64,000 nucleotides of DNA from NCBI GenBank assembly GCA_015680685.1, contig MNCI01002140.1, positions 127,797 to 191,796 on the forward strand, given 5' to 3'. The notes beneath the pieces were generated by a model. It saw only the letters and a program-made list of their open reading frames with translations, was not told where the DNA came from and ran no database searches. A program made the position numbers and the translations under genes. This stretch comes from Gnetum montanum. Taxonomy: Eukaryota; Plantae; Gnetophyta. Positions 51,746 to 63,790 of the stretch are shown piece after piece (the stretch's first letter is position 1; every line of letters starts with the position of its first letter).

Positions 51746-54519
51746 AGTCATAAAACTAGCCACGGTCAAAAATGGCAGGTTCATTTTAAAACCCACCAAA
51801 ATAGTTTATATCTCTCTTGTTTCTTGTGGCCCAAAATGGCCTTAAACTAGAATAAGTTACGCTTCTTCTTAATTAAAATTATATTCTAGTTTGCATGCAT
51901 AGTTGCATCCCTGCTTTACAAATTACCGTGTCCCTCACATTTCTTCTACACTATTATCACTTTAGTTGCATCCACGCTTATATTTACAAATAGTTAAGAC
52001 AACAAAACAACAAAAAATTATATAATAATAATAATAATAAGGAAAATAATAATAAACTTTTGCCAAAAACAACTACAGTCTCTTCTTCCTTTGACAAAGA
52101 TACGATAGTTCATCATGACTTTAAACTGACGTGTCTAGCCTGAAATGGCTTTAAACTAGAACACAGCATACCACCAATTTACCGAAATTGTGCTACATTA
52201 TTATCATTTACGTTTTGCTCGACATAGTTACAGTTTACATTTACGTTCACAAGGAAGCTTGAAAAGTAAAACATGAATATACAAATACATGTAATACGGA
52301 GTGTTAGCACAAAAAAAAAAGAGTAACTTCATATTATACCATGATCATGTTACATTTGTTTTCACATATTCCAAAATCAACAAAAAAGGGGTACATGATA
52401 ACAAACTAGACAAGAAATGACAAGGTTGACAAGAACACCAAGCTAAATCGTGCACTAGTGTTAGGAGGGGGCTAGTCCCCAAATTCATCCACATCATCGA
52501 GTCCCACTCCACTGGGGCCAGCCTCATCATCAACACGTCCCTGCACCAAAACAAAATCCTAGGTAAGTAAGTTAAAATTTGTGAAACAAACAAATGAAAA
52601 TAACCATCAACAAAACATAAATATACAAGAGAGAATTAGCAAGAGAAATAATAATAAGATGAATAACTACAAAAGTTGTATGTCCCATGGGACAATAACT
52701 CTAGCATTTGTTCGGTACGTTTAATCCTGAATGGGGAACATGGAATCTATTAGGTAACACCAACATCAAAAGGATAACGTTTGCAAATATTATTAGTTTA
52801 TGTTACAATAGGCATCATGACCTCACGCTGATTACTTGCTTGGACCAAAATGGGTTGCCATTGCCTAGCATGATAATTCAATTAATCATGGATAGTACAA
52901 TAGTCATTAGTAACAAAAACACTAAAAAATAAAAAATAAAAAAAATAAAAACAAAAAAACGATTAAGTTAATAAACACAAATCAAACAACTTAAAACAAC
53001 AAAAGAACTAATAATAATAATAATAATAATAAATCAACACTAGTCATGATGAGGGGGGAAGTAAAAACAAAGCACCGTGAACTTGCATATGGCCACTGGC
53101 CATGTGCTGGTGGGATTCGTTGCTTTTTTAAGCAAACAGATTTTAAAATAGTAAACAAGCATCCATTCATCATCATGTTCATGACTCATGAACCATGACA
53201 ATGAGCCTGTTTTGTCTTTTTCTTTTTTCAGCGGAAATAAATAAATAAATAAATAAAAAGGGGGGAGTTACATATAATAAATACTTCATATACCCTCCTA
53301 TTGGTTTTGTACTATATTACTTGCCGGTTTTGAGCGCAGATAATACGTGGTTTTAATGCTTTCTTTTTTTTTTCAAGCATATTGATACATGTCAAACGCA
53401 GGGGCATTAAACACAAAAGGATTCAAGCTTAGTGATTGACACAGGTACTGTTGACGAATGGCGGCGTTGTCGATTAACGCGTGACAATCAATCTCAAACG
53501 CCGTTTGTACTTTTGTTTTGAGTCTGCAGCAGAAATATAAAACAAAAGCAGCAGAAATATAAAACAAAAATAGCAAAAAACCAGCAATTAAAAATATATA
53601 TATATATATATATAATAATGCGTGAATGTGTGAGTTATGAAACCTTTGGTGCTCCCAAAGGCAGGCCGATCCACGCAAATGCAACGTTTTCTTCGCACGC
53701 CTCGCCCAAAGACTCACGCTGAAGACGGCAGGTAGCTCACGCTCCAAAACGGCGGCTAACTCACGCTGCAGACGGTGGCTGACTCACGCTGTGAAATGGC
53801 AGCTGACTCACACTGCAATACCTTGAATACTGTTATAGCAGCGATTTGGTGTCTGAATACATTTCAATTCATAGAATAACCCATAAACACTATAAAATTT
53901 TAGCACTAGTGTCGGTTATTGGTAGCGATCAACAAAGCCGATGTTGGCTAAAAGAATTATTCATGTTGCTCACGCTGCCCAGGGCCAGTTATTCACGCTG
54001 TCTAAGGCAATTCACGCTGCCAAGCAAAAGTTTGCAAAAATGCACGAAAAAAAAATACAGTTCCGACAACATATGCTTACGCTCGGGCAAAAATATAGGA
54101 AAATCGCAGTAAAAAATGCACAAAAAAAATTGCAGTTCGCGCAAGTCACATATGAAATGCAGTGAAATACCCTGCAACTAATGTTGGTCCTCCCAACCCA
54201 AAACGCAGCCAACAATGCTCGAAACATGGCAGTCCTGCTACCCACGCTATGTCCCTGCTACCCATGCCACGTTACCTGCCTTGTTGCTCACGCTACCACG
54301 TTATGTCCCTGTAACTCACGCTACCCTATGTAACTCACGTTGCACTCAGTTAGTCACGCTATTTTTTTTTTTTTAATTCCTTTAGCATGTTAGTTCATCT
54401 TATTTCTCTTCTCTTCTATTTTTTTTTTTTTTTGAGAGAATGTTCGGGTTTGTATTGCTGAAAGTTATGGTACACGAGTATACAATTACAAAGGGGGACA
54501 ATTACACGAGTATATCAAT

Positions 54520-57500
54520 GGATCACATGGGGCCATTCAACAAGAAGTCAATCTAGAATCCATTGATCTAGATTCATCATCAATTTCTGACAATTTTGTG
54601 GCATCCACTCAAGGAACACCAGACTACCTAAGAGATATGACTAAAACTTTGGACTTAGAAACAGACACCATCATTGAGGACCCCATCGTCGAAGTCCCCA
54701 TCACCATGTCTAGTGGTGAGGTTAAAACATTAAAACTAAGTACTCTACTAGATCCGCAAATTGCCAATGACATTACACAAGTGCTAAAGAATAATATCAA
54801 AACATTTGCTTAGTCATATACCGATATGCCAGGGTTGGACCCTCGCATCAACCAGCATAACATCATCCTCGATGAAAAACTTAGACCAGTAAAGCAAAAT
54901 GCACAAAAAGTTAGGCTTGAGGTAGCGTTGGCAGTTCGTAATGAAATCACGAAGCTCTATCAAGCCGGTTTCATCCGAGCTGTTGACTATGCCGATTGGG
55001 TATCCAACATTCTTGTAGTCCCTAAGAAGAACAGCAGCATTCGCATATGTATTGACTTCCGTGACCTCAACGTAGCCACTATAAAGGATGACTTCTCGCT
55101 ACCCAGTATCGACCAACTCGTTGACTCAACCACTGGGCATGCATTATTATCCTTTATGGATGGATTCTCGGGATACAACCAAATCAGGATCAACCCAGAA
55201 CACCAACTCAGGATGACCTTCATGACACCTTGGGGCACGTTCTGTTATACAATGATGTCATTCGATCTCAAAAACGCGGGTGCCACATATCAACGGGCAA
55301 TGACATATATATTTAGCTATTACATGCTTGATTTGCTCAATGATTATGTAGAAGACATCACAGTCAAGTCCAAAACAACCGAAGAACATGCAAAGCATTT
55401 AGACTTGGTACTCAAACATTGTCTCAAATACGACCTTAGGCTTAACCCAAAGAAATGCGTCTTTGGAGTTAAGACAGGAAAAATGCTTGGCTTCATAGTC
55501 TCTGAGATAGGAATACGAGTAGACCCCGATAAGGTTAAAGCAATAACTAGCATGCAACCACCTAGGAACCTTACCGAATTACGTGGTCTGGAAGGTAGAC
55601 TGCAATTCATCAGACGCTTGATCACAAAACTAACAGATAAGCTGAAACCCATGTAGCACGTGCTACGAAAGAACGTCCATTTTCAGTGGACTCAATAGTG
55701 CCAAGAAGCCTTTGAAAGCATAAAGATGGAATTGGCTCAATTGCCAATGGTTCATCCCCCACAAAGCAACAAACCTTTTTACATCTACCTCGTGACATCC
55801 GATACATCTATTGCATTCATGCTTTGCCAAAAATGAGAAGATGGAGCCGAGATCCCCGTTTACTATTTAAGTCACGCCTTGGTTGCCCACAAACAATGAT
55901 ACAACGACGTGGAGAGATCATGCTTCACCCTTGTCTTTTCCTTGAAAAATTGGCGGCATTACCTCTTCTGCAACCAAGTTAATATCATTTGCAAAGATAG
56001 CGTGCTTCGAGCTATCACCAACAACATCTATGAATCAAGTAGGTTAGCTAGATGGAAGGCGATGATTGCAGAGTTTGTCCTGCATTATGTTGCCCAATCC
56101 TCTACTAAGGGTCAAGCAATAGCCAATCAGTTGACCGCATCATCAACACGAGGTCAAACAACGATCAACCTTGAATTCCCCGACGAAGACATTAACAACA
56201 TAGACGTAGTGCCCGATAACTATGATGCCATCCTGTACTTTGACGAAGCATTCACCTCCCGAGGTGGAAGTGCTGCAACCATCATAACGTATCCCTCGAA
56301 AGAAATTCGCCCCTTTGCCTATCGACTAAACTTCCCTTCCACCAAAAATGTGGCAAAGTATGAAGGTCTTCTTAGAGGTCTTATAGCGGCACTAACTTTG
56401 GGAATCACACGTCTTGTAGTTCAAGGTGACTCACATTTCGTAGTTAATCAAGTCACAAAGATCTACGCATGTAAAGCCCTGCATCTGCAACCATACTGTG
56501 ACATGACTTAACACTTGTTAAAACGATTGATCAACGTAGACGTGCAACATATTCCTAGGAATGAAAATACCATTGCAGATGCACTTGCCATAATAGCCCT
56601 GAACATGACACCTGAGATGCTCCATGTGTTGCCTAGTTCTATAACAAATTGTGCCAAACTTGTGACCAACGCCCTTGATGAAATACCCATAGCGTCCGTC
56701 AGCACTACATAAGCAATAGAGTGGTACGACAGCATAAAAGAGTATCTTCTACGAGGCGAACCGCCACAACATCTGACGAGTGCTCAAAAGGATGCGATGC
56801 GAAAATGCTCTAGGCAATATGCATTAATAGGAGACACCTTGTGTCGCAAGTCCTATGAAGGCATCCTGTTGACATGCGTCAGTAGCATTGATGGCCAAAT
56901 GATCATAGAACAGGTTCACGAAGGACTATGCGGAGGGCATATAGCACCCAAAGCAATGGCAATGAAAATTAGACATTTAGGCTATTACTGGCCACACATG
57001 GAGTACGAATGCTTCTCCAGGGTCAGGAAATGCAACATTTGCCAAAGACACGGTAACCTAATACACGTACCACCTAATGAGTTGCATACTGCGCAAATCA
57101 CATGGTCATTCCAAAAATGGGGATTAGACATCATTGGCCCTATAACACCACCATCCTTAGCAGGACATAGCTTCATCATCATTGCGACCGAATACTTCAC
57201 AAAATGGGTAGAAGCTATTCCTCTTAGGAAAACCATGTCTAAATATGTCTGCAACTTCATATTGGAAAACATCGTGACATGCTTTGGTATCCCAATGACT
57301 ATAGTCACCAATAATGGGCCACAGTTTAGTAGTACGGATACTAAAAACTTCTGCGAAAGCCTAGGTATTAAATACTCGTTTTCATCACCTTATTACCCAC
57401 AGAGCAATGGCCAAGCGGAATCTACGAATAAAACGATCATCATGGTGCTCAAGAAAATGCTAAATCAGAGCAAAATAGGATGGCACGAGTAGTTAATCTA

Positions 57501-57960
57501 TGCACTATGGGCATACCGAACAACACACCAAACGTCCACAGGTAAAACACCATATAGCCTAGTATACGGATCTGAAGCTGTCTTACCTTTAGAGTTACAG
57601 GTTCCCTCGTTGCGAATGATGCTCTCTAGTCTTCTCGATGAAAGCCAGAACAATGAACTGCGCATCGCTGATCTTGACTCGGTGGAGGAAGAAAGGGTAC
57701 ACGCACTTGATCAAATCGAATGGTACCAGAGACAACAACGACAATGTCATCAACATGATCCACATAAGCAGCCGATCAAGGAAGGTGACCTAGTTCTCAA
57801 GGCGGTCCGCGAACACTCAGATAAATTCTCAGCCAACTAGGAAGGACCTTAATTAGTCACTAAAGCCTATGACAATGGGGCATTCAAGCTCGCCAACTTG
57901 GACAGAAACGAATTGGCCAATCCTACGAATCACATGTACTTGAAACCATTCTACGTCTAA
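54520..57960 (+). pseudogene. pol of F: RT, RNase H, archaeal-type RNase H, integrase
   Basis: RT 54826-55656 (CIDFRDLN, FMDGFSGYNQI, YVED); RH ~55770-56150; aRH LYFDE..KYEGL..GDSHFVVNQV ~56230-56600; INT HHCC (HEGLCGGH..CNIC), WGLDII, PQSNGQAE; several stops and frameshifts. Confidence 0.95.
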
Positions 57961-57980
57961 TGATCCCAAGGTACATAACG

Positions 57981-58286
57981 GTCCTGGCATGACGACCTAA
58001 AACTAAAACCACAGAACAATCCCAGAGCTATGACTTAAAACTAGCACCACAGAATGTCCTGGCATCATGACAATAAACTGACATCACAGAGCTCTGTCCA
58101 ACATGACACTAAACTGTCACATTCATTCACCAAAGTCCACTAAGACTATAAATTGGCTAGCCTCTTCATAGTCCGCCACGACTATAAACTAGTATGGCAC
58201 TGTCTGCTACGACGCTAAACTAGCAACGTCCAACGGGTTATGACATAAAAGTAATCCACAAAAGTCCGCCAAGACTATAAACTGGA
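57981..58286 (+). repeat. Motif array, 9 copies with variable spacers, directly after the integrase stop
   Basis: e.g. GTCCGCCACGACTATAAACTAG and GTCTGCTACGACGCTAAACTAGCA; starts 20 nt after the TAA ending at 57960. Confidence 0.9.
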
Positions 58287-59367
58287 AACTTCTTCACTGG
58301 CCTACCAATCTGTGGCTGAAATCAAAAGGCATGTCATCATCAACCTGCTCAATGAATTCATCACATGGACTCCAAAAATATTGCTACTGCTCAATCTTGT
58401 TTGCCTATGGTTGCACGTGGTATTCCATCCCATCAGTTGCATCCATGTTAAAGTGTTAAGCTAACTCATTCGCTTGTGTTTTTTCTTGTCTTCTTGGAGT
58501 TGTGTTTACAGGACGATACCTAGAGGTGTTCATACACAGATACACTTCATCAAGGCAATGAGGTACCACATTGTTCCTAATGCATGTAACCAGGTTAATC
58601 AAACTATTGACAAGTACATTCCCAGTTCCCCGAATGTCCCTCATTCCCTAGCATGTTCTCTCTACTATGTTCAATTACACCCCCTTTGATACATCCCATT
58701 CATCCCCAAAATTCTGCACGCGTTGTTGCTCACTGTAACTCTACAACCAATGGCAACACAAAACGATGCATAGCACATGACAAAAACATGAGTACAAAAC
58801 TAACAGCAAGCTCTTTCCAAAAACAAAAAACAAAAAGCAAAAAAAAAAATAAAGAAAGACTCAAAGAACAAAATCCATCACAAGACCCATTGACACTTCC
58901 CATATAAGCCCCAGGAGAGAAGGTAAATGTCTTGGAAGAAAACATTCATGTCTCAAACAATCATGTTGCATCCCACCATGTGGCTTTGGTTGTGACAACG
59001 AGTTCTCTTAAATAGGATACAAGAGTCTCGTTTCTCCAAAGGACACATATCCCATGCCTTGGTTCCAAGTCCGCTAGATATTGGCTATTGACAAGGACCA
59101 ACATGAAGTGTCCACACAAAAGCATTCCTCTTCCCATAGTTAAACAAAATCATCCCTTCATCAATCCCTGATCTCATAGTAACACACCTTCTCCCTATGC
59201 ATCTCAAAACCTCATTTCCCAATCCCATGTACTTCTGAGCACAGTGCGATGACATTTGGCCAAGTACCGACAGACAATGCTTGGTACTTGATCATTCATG
59301 GTGTTTTGTACTTCTTTGTCGACGCTTCTCAGGTAGATTCCTCTACATGTCAACAAAGAGGGGCCAA

Positions 59368-60728
59368 TGAAACACTGCAAAATTTTGGCCTAACACTTTC
59401 AAAAAAAATTCAAGCTAAGCCATGCTGTTGCCCAACATAAGTACAACATGACCAAATTTGAGAGTCTCCAAAATGGCATGGAATGACATTCAATGGAGCA
59501 AGCAAGGTCCCCTTGGGACCCACAGGAAACTACACCAGTTTTTGGCATCTAGAATCAAATGTTTCGAGCTCAAAATATTTTGTCTTCGCTGGGTACACTT
59601 TGGTTACATTTTCATATGCTGCACAGCGTAAGGCTTAGCGTCACCAACTTTTGGAGCCCCAAAATTGAGCCAAAATAGGCCAAAATTGAGCACAAGAACC
59701 CCCCATGACCTCCACTAATGGTTGCCCAAGGTCCCCAGCCTTCAGAATCCTAATTTCGGGCTAAAAAATATACTTTTTTCACTGCTCACGCCCAAGTCAC
59801 GGCCAACTCATGCCCAGGTCACACCCAACTCATGCTGACAGCGTGAGCCCAGTGTCAGCTACCAAAAATGGCCCAGAACATATCAGACGCATGTCAAAAA
59901 CACATCAAGGCAAGATCTAGTAGCTGATCCAAGCGAGCCGGAATCAAATTTTGAATTCATTGTTAATGTTCATTGTAATATTCGCAATTTGTGAATTTCC
60001 CAAGCTCTTACGTTGCTTCCATGGGCATAAGATAGCTTGCATTGTAAGATACAGTGCACCCGTTCTAGAACGTAGTTTGCCCATGTACACCTATCATGTG
60101 ATCCTTTTTTCTTGCATCTTGCAGCCGCTAAACTGATTCATTCCTACATCCAAGACAAGTAGATAAATACCCTGTTCAAACACATAAACGGGGTTAGCAA
60201 ATGTTGGCAGAAATTTAGCAAGAAACCAGCAATCTTGAGCCTGGATGCATGTGATTCCCAACGCCTGCAAACACCACGCATCAGGGCTTGACTTCTGACC
60301 TACAACGCAACTACATTTTGACTGGTGCACGTTTTTGTCAATTAATACAATACAGTTTCATTTTTTCCATTCGTTGCCTTGTTCTGATTTATTTTCTGCA
60401 TTTTCCATTCCATTGCATCTTGCTGCGTACATTCTGCTTATGTTTACATCCTGTTACGTTCATTACGCTCAATTACATTCATTACGCTCTGTTATTTTTG
60501 TTACGCTCTGTTATTTTCTCTGTTTTACGCTTATGACTATAACCCCAGCGCAGGCAATAGTGTATACTTGGGGAAGTCCTTGGTTGATCTGCGTGTGGAC
60601 CATCCAAGGCACTCTACCTTCATTTTTCTAGCATGCCCTCACATGAAGGTAGGGTCGTCTGTATCTCTCCGGAGATCTTTCGGTGTTCATTTCCTTCCAG
60701 CCTTACGTTGACGATTTTGGATAGTACA
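59368..60728 (+). repeat. 3' LTR of F
   Basis: Follows PPT AAAGAGGGGCCAA; has a ~30-bp segment (~59697-59728) absent from the 5' LTR. Confidence 0.95.
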
Positions 60729-60740
60729 ATTAGGATATGC

Positions 60741-63700
60741 TTAACCAATAGTACTAGGAGGGGGTGGTGGTCCTCCTTCCTCTACTACACCGCTAAGGCC
60801 TATAGCATCACCTAGTGCCTATTAACAACAATAAAAAACTTACAAGAAAATGTACAATATACAAACTAACATCAAAAGCATAAAAGAAATACAAAAAACT
60901 AACCTGAGAGGGTCCTGCATTGATCATGTCTAGAGATAAGCTATCAAGGCCCTCCTCTAAGCATTGGAGGATCTTGGCCTTAGATAGCTGCATCTAGTCC
61001 TCCTAGCCAAAGTCAACTCCTACAAGGGTCTTGCCTTTGTCCATTGTGGTCCATACAGGTGGCTTCATGGAAATTGTAGCAAATGAAGCCTCTCTTAAGG
61101 GCATGAAAATCTACCTCTCCAGAGAACCACTAACCACTATATGAAAAGAAAATATCTCAAAGGTCCATCTCCTACCAGTCACCTCAAGAAAAATCTCATG
61201 GCAATGACATTTGATAGACTCTTCCTTGAGTTGCTAAAGATATGCATCTCACTTGTGCTTATAGTGGTGTTTGTGGTTCTTTTGTGTCTACCCCCACTTG
61301 CATACCTTGGCACTAAGATTCTTCCAATTCTAATTTTTTTCCGTAAGCAGATGCATCTATAACCATTGCACATTGATCTCTTAGGTGGCCTCATTCTTGC
61401 CCTAGATGGTCAACCAGTACCTAGCATAATCAATCTTTGTGGTCTTCCAGGTACTATCTCCCTATGACCAAGCTGCTAAGAAGTCATATTAGGACTGTAG
61501 GTCCTCAATCTTTGTGTCTTGACTCATCACCTGAAGTTCATGAACATGTTTCCACAAGTGCTTGTTCAAGCACCTGCAAACCCATAATGCTTTTGCACAA
61601 GAAAGAATGCATTTACTAACTACCTTGTATATAAGACAAGGTACTTGCTCCACTTTAGGAGGGAACTCCGGTATGGCATCTACTTTAACCACCCTACTTA
61701 GATCTTAGTGAAGCTTAGAACCTGTTGGCATATAACAAGTAGATCAACCTTAGCCATAGACTAAGCATTAAATGGGTAAAGCAACATCATATGCATTCCA
61801 AGCTCAAGATCCACCTGCTGGAGGTAGTTTACTATGTCCTTAGCAATGCCTTTAATGAAGGAAAACTTGTTTGGTGTTTCTACCCATGGATTCATGTGGT
61901 AGGTAGACGTGGATGGTGAACTGTTAGCAGGCTCATCTTAGGCTGCAACACAACAATGTAATAAGTAAAAACTAAACAATCAAAGATGTTAGAGCAAAAG
62001 AGCAATGACGGATAGTAATCTAAGGCAATTACCTAGTAAGCCCTCAGGTGTGAGAGTAGGGGGTCCCCCAGCTACACACCATCAAAGAGGCTAGTAATTG
62101 GGGGTGAAATAGCCCCTCCACCTTCAACTACTAGAGGGTCTCTATGGCCTCATTCAACTCCTCCTTATGTGCTTCCCTCCTCAATTCAAGGAGGGGCCAC
62201 CTATACTACTATTGTTACTGCTACTTCAGTAGCCCTCTCTCCTAATTTACAAAATAGCATGTTAGCATTAGTATAACATAGCAAAAATCATAAAGAATAT
62301 AAACATAAAAAATACAAAATAAATGCATCTAGCAATATACAAATACTAACATGCAACCTCTGTGCATCAGTTGGGGATCTTAAGATGAATCTTCTTGGTG
62401 CCTACCCATCCAACCTTAGGAGCGGCCTCCTCTATTGGGCATGGCCTTTTAATCTTTTCCTTGGATGGTCCCACCATTTCTACAATATATCAGTTAGCCT
62501 TGTTTACATCCCCAATAACAACTAGGGGACACTCACCTATGTTGTCACGTGAATAATGTGATCACCCCAAGAGACCTTTGGTTGTCACTGAGTATGACTC
62601 ATTGATCCACTCTGGGGGGTCTTGCATGTGAGTGGTTTTAAACATGTGCTTAATCCAAGGCTTAGACAGCTACTCATAGTCCTACACAATCCATTGCCCA
62701 CTATCTTGAACCACCAAGAGATCTACGAACCTTCACAAATACCCTATGAAGAATGTGAAGTGTACATGGAACTTCCCTTAGAGGTTGAAGTATAGCTTGG
62801 TGTCTCTTCATGTAGGCTAGTGGTGATGTAAGAGTCCTAGTTGAACCTCATGCCCTTCTACAAAACCTCCTTCATCATCCATGACTACTCAACTTCAAGG
62901 ATTTTTCCTTGGGAGAGCAACTTTAGGAAGGAACGGGCACGAAAGAGAGGGTAGAGCTCCTAGACCTCAAGCATATGCACATTTTTAATTAGGATTCCCT
63001 TGTGAGATCAAGTGTTTTCCAACTAGCCCTCGATCTCTCCTTTGTGGTCCACCATCCTATTGGCCTTGTCAATTACCAATAAGCCTTCAGTGGAAAGGCC
63101 AAAAAGGTCAATGAAGAAGGCCTCGTTGAGGTCCAAAACTACCCTAACACCGTGCACATGGATGATAAAGTGGCAGATATTACTGCTAAATGAGTCTATG
63201 ATGGTGACCGTTTTGGCCACCAGAATGCTTTAGCTAAGGGCCAAAAAAAGGTTCATCAACCCAACACATGTGAGCCAACTGGTCAATGCCTTTGAGGCCT
63301 AGTGGCATAACCAATGTTATACCCCCTCTACATCACCATATTTCATGATAAGGATGGCCTCAGTGGAGCCTGTGGCGACCACCATCACCTCTCGTGAAGC
63401 AACTATAGTTAAAAAAAAGGTAAAAAAATGTTAACATCATGAAAAGGCAAAAGGAAAATCAAAAAGCATATATGTGAGAAATCATAAGAGCCAAAATAGT
63501 AAACACTTACGTGGAACAAATGGTGTGCGAGATGGAGGTGGTGGTGCAATAACCTCTTCAAGGTTGAGCTCACCACTAGCCCACTACTCATCAAGCCAAT
63601 CATGGAACTTGCATTACTTGAACACTCTTAGATACTAGGTAGGGTAATCCATTAGATTAGTTCCCAACTACTTAAGAACAACCTCCCAAAGATTCAAACT

Positions 63701-63790
63701 AGGGGAGAACACTTTTAGGGTAGTACGAATCAAGGCAAGAGCCTCTACCTCTTCATGGAGACCCTACTTGTCAACTTTGAATCTATCATT
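60741..63790 (-). pseudogene. Spliced antisense accessory gene in the D2 PR-RT spacer (plant mobile/transposon-protein-like N-terminal domain, DKGK and poly-P tail)
   Basis: Four minus-strand GT-AG U-rich introns (63403-63510, 62242-62350, 61943-62032, 60819-60903); HFII..LDLNEAFFIDLFGLSTEG motif; last junction reads AGPSQ|ALGDAIGLSGVVEEGGPPPPPSTIG*; many stops. The 5' end is uncertain. Confidence 0.65.

Larger units (their letters stand above)
45513..60728 (+). mobile_element. Element F: full-length Tat-clade (Ogre/Retand-like) Ty3/gypsy retrotransposon, 15.2 kb, inactivated
   Basis: LTRs 45513-46833 and 59368-60728 (TG..CA); TSD ATCAG/ATTAG; PBS 46839-46854; PPT 59355-59367; order gag-PR-[3 kb spacer]-RT-RH-aRH-INT. 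Confidence 0.95.

Noticed and set aside
53594-53614. (TA)n and nearby (AAT)n or poly-A/T tracts
   Set aside because: Ordinary microsatellites in AT-rich spacer or intron sequence.
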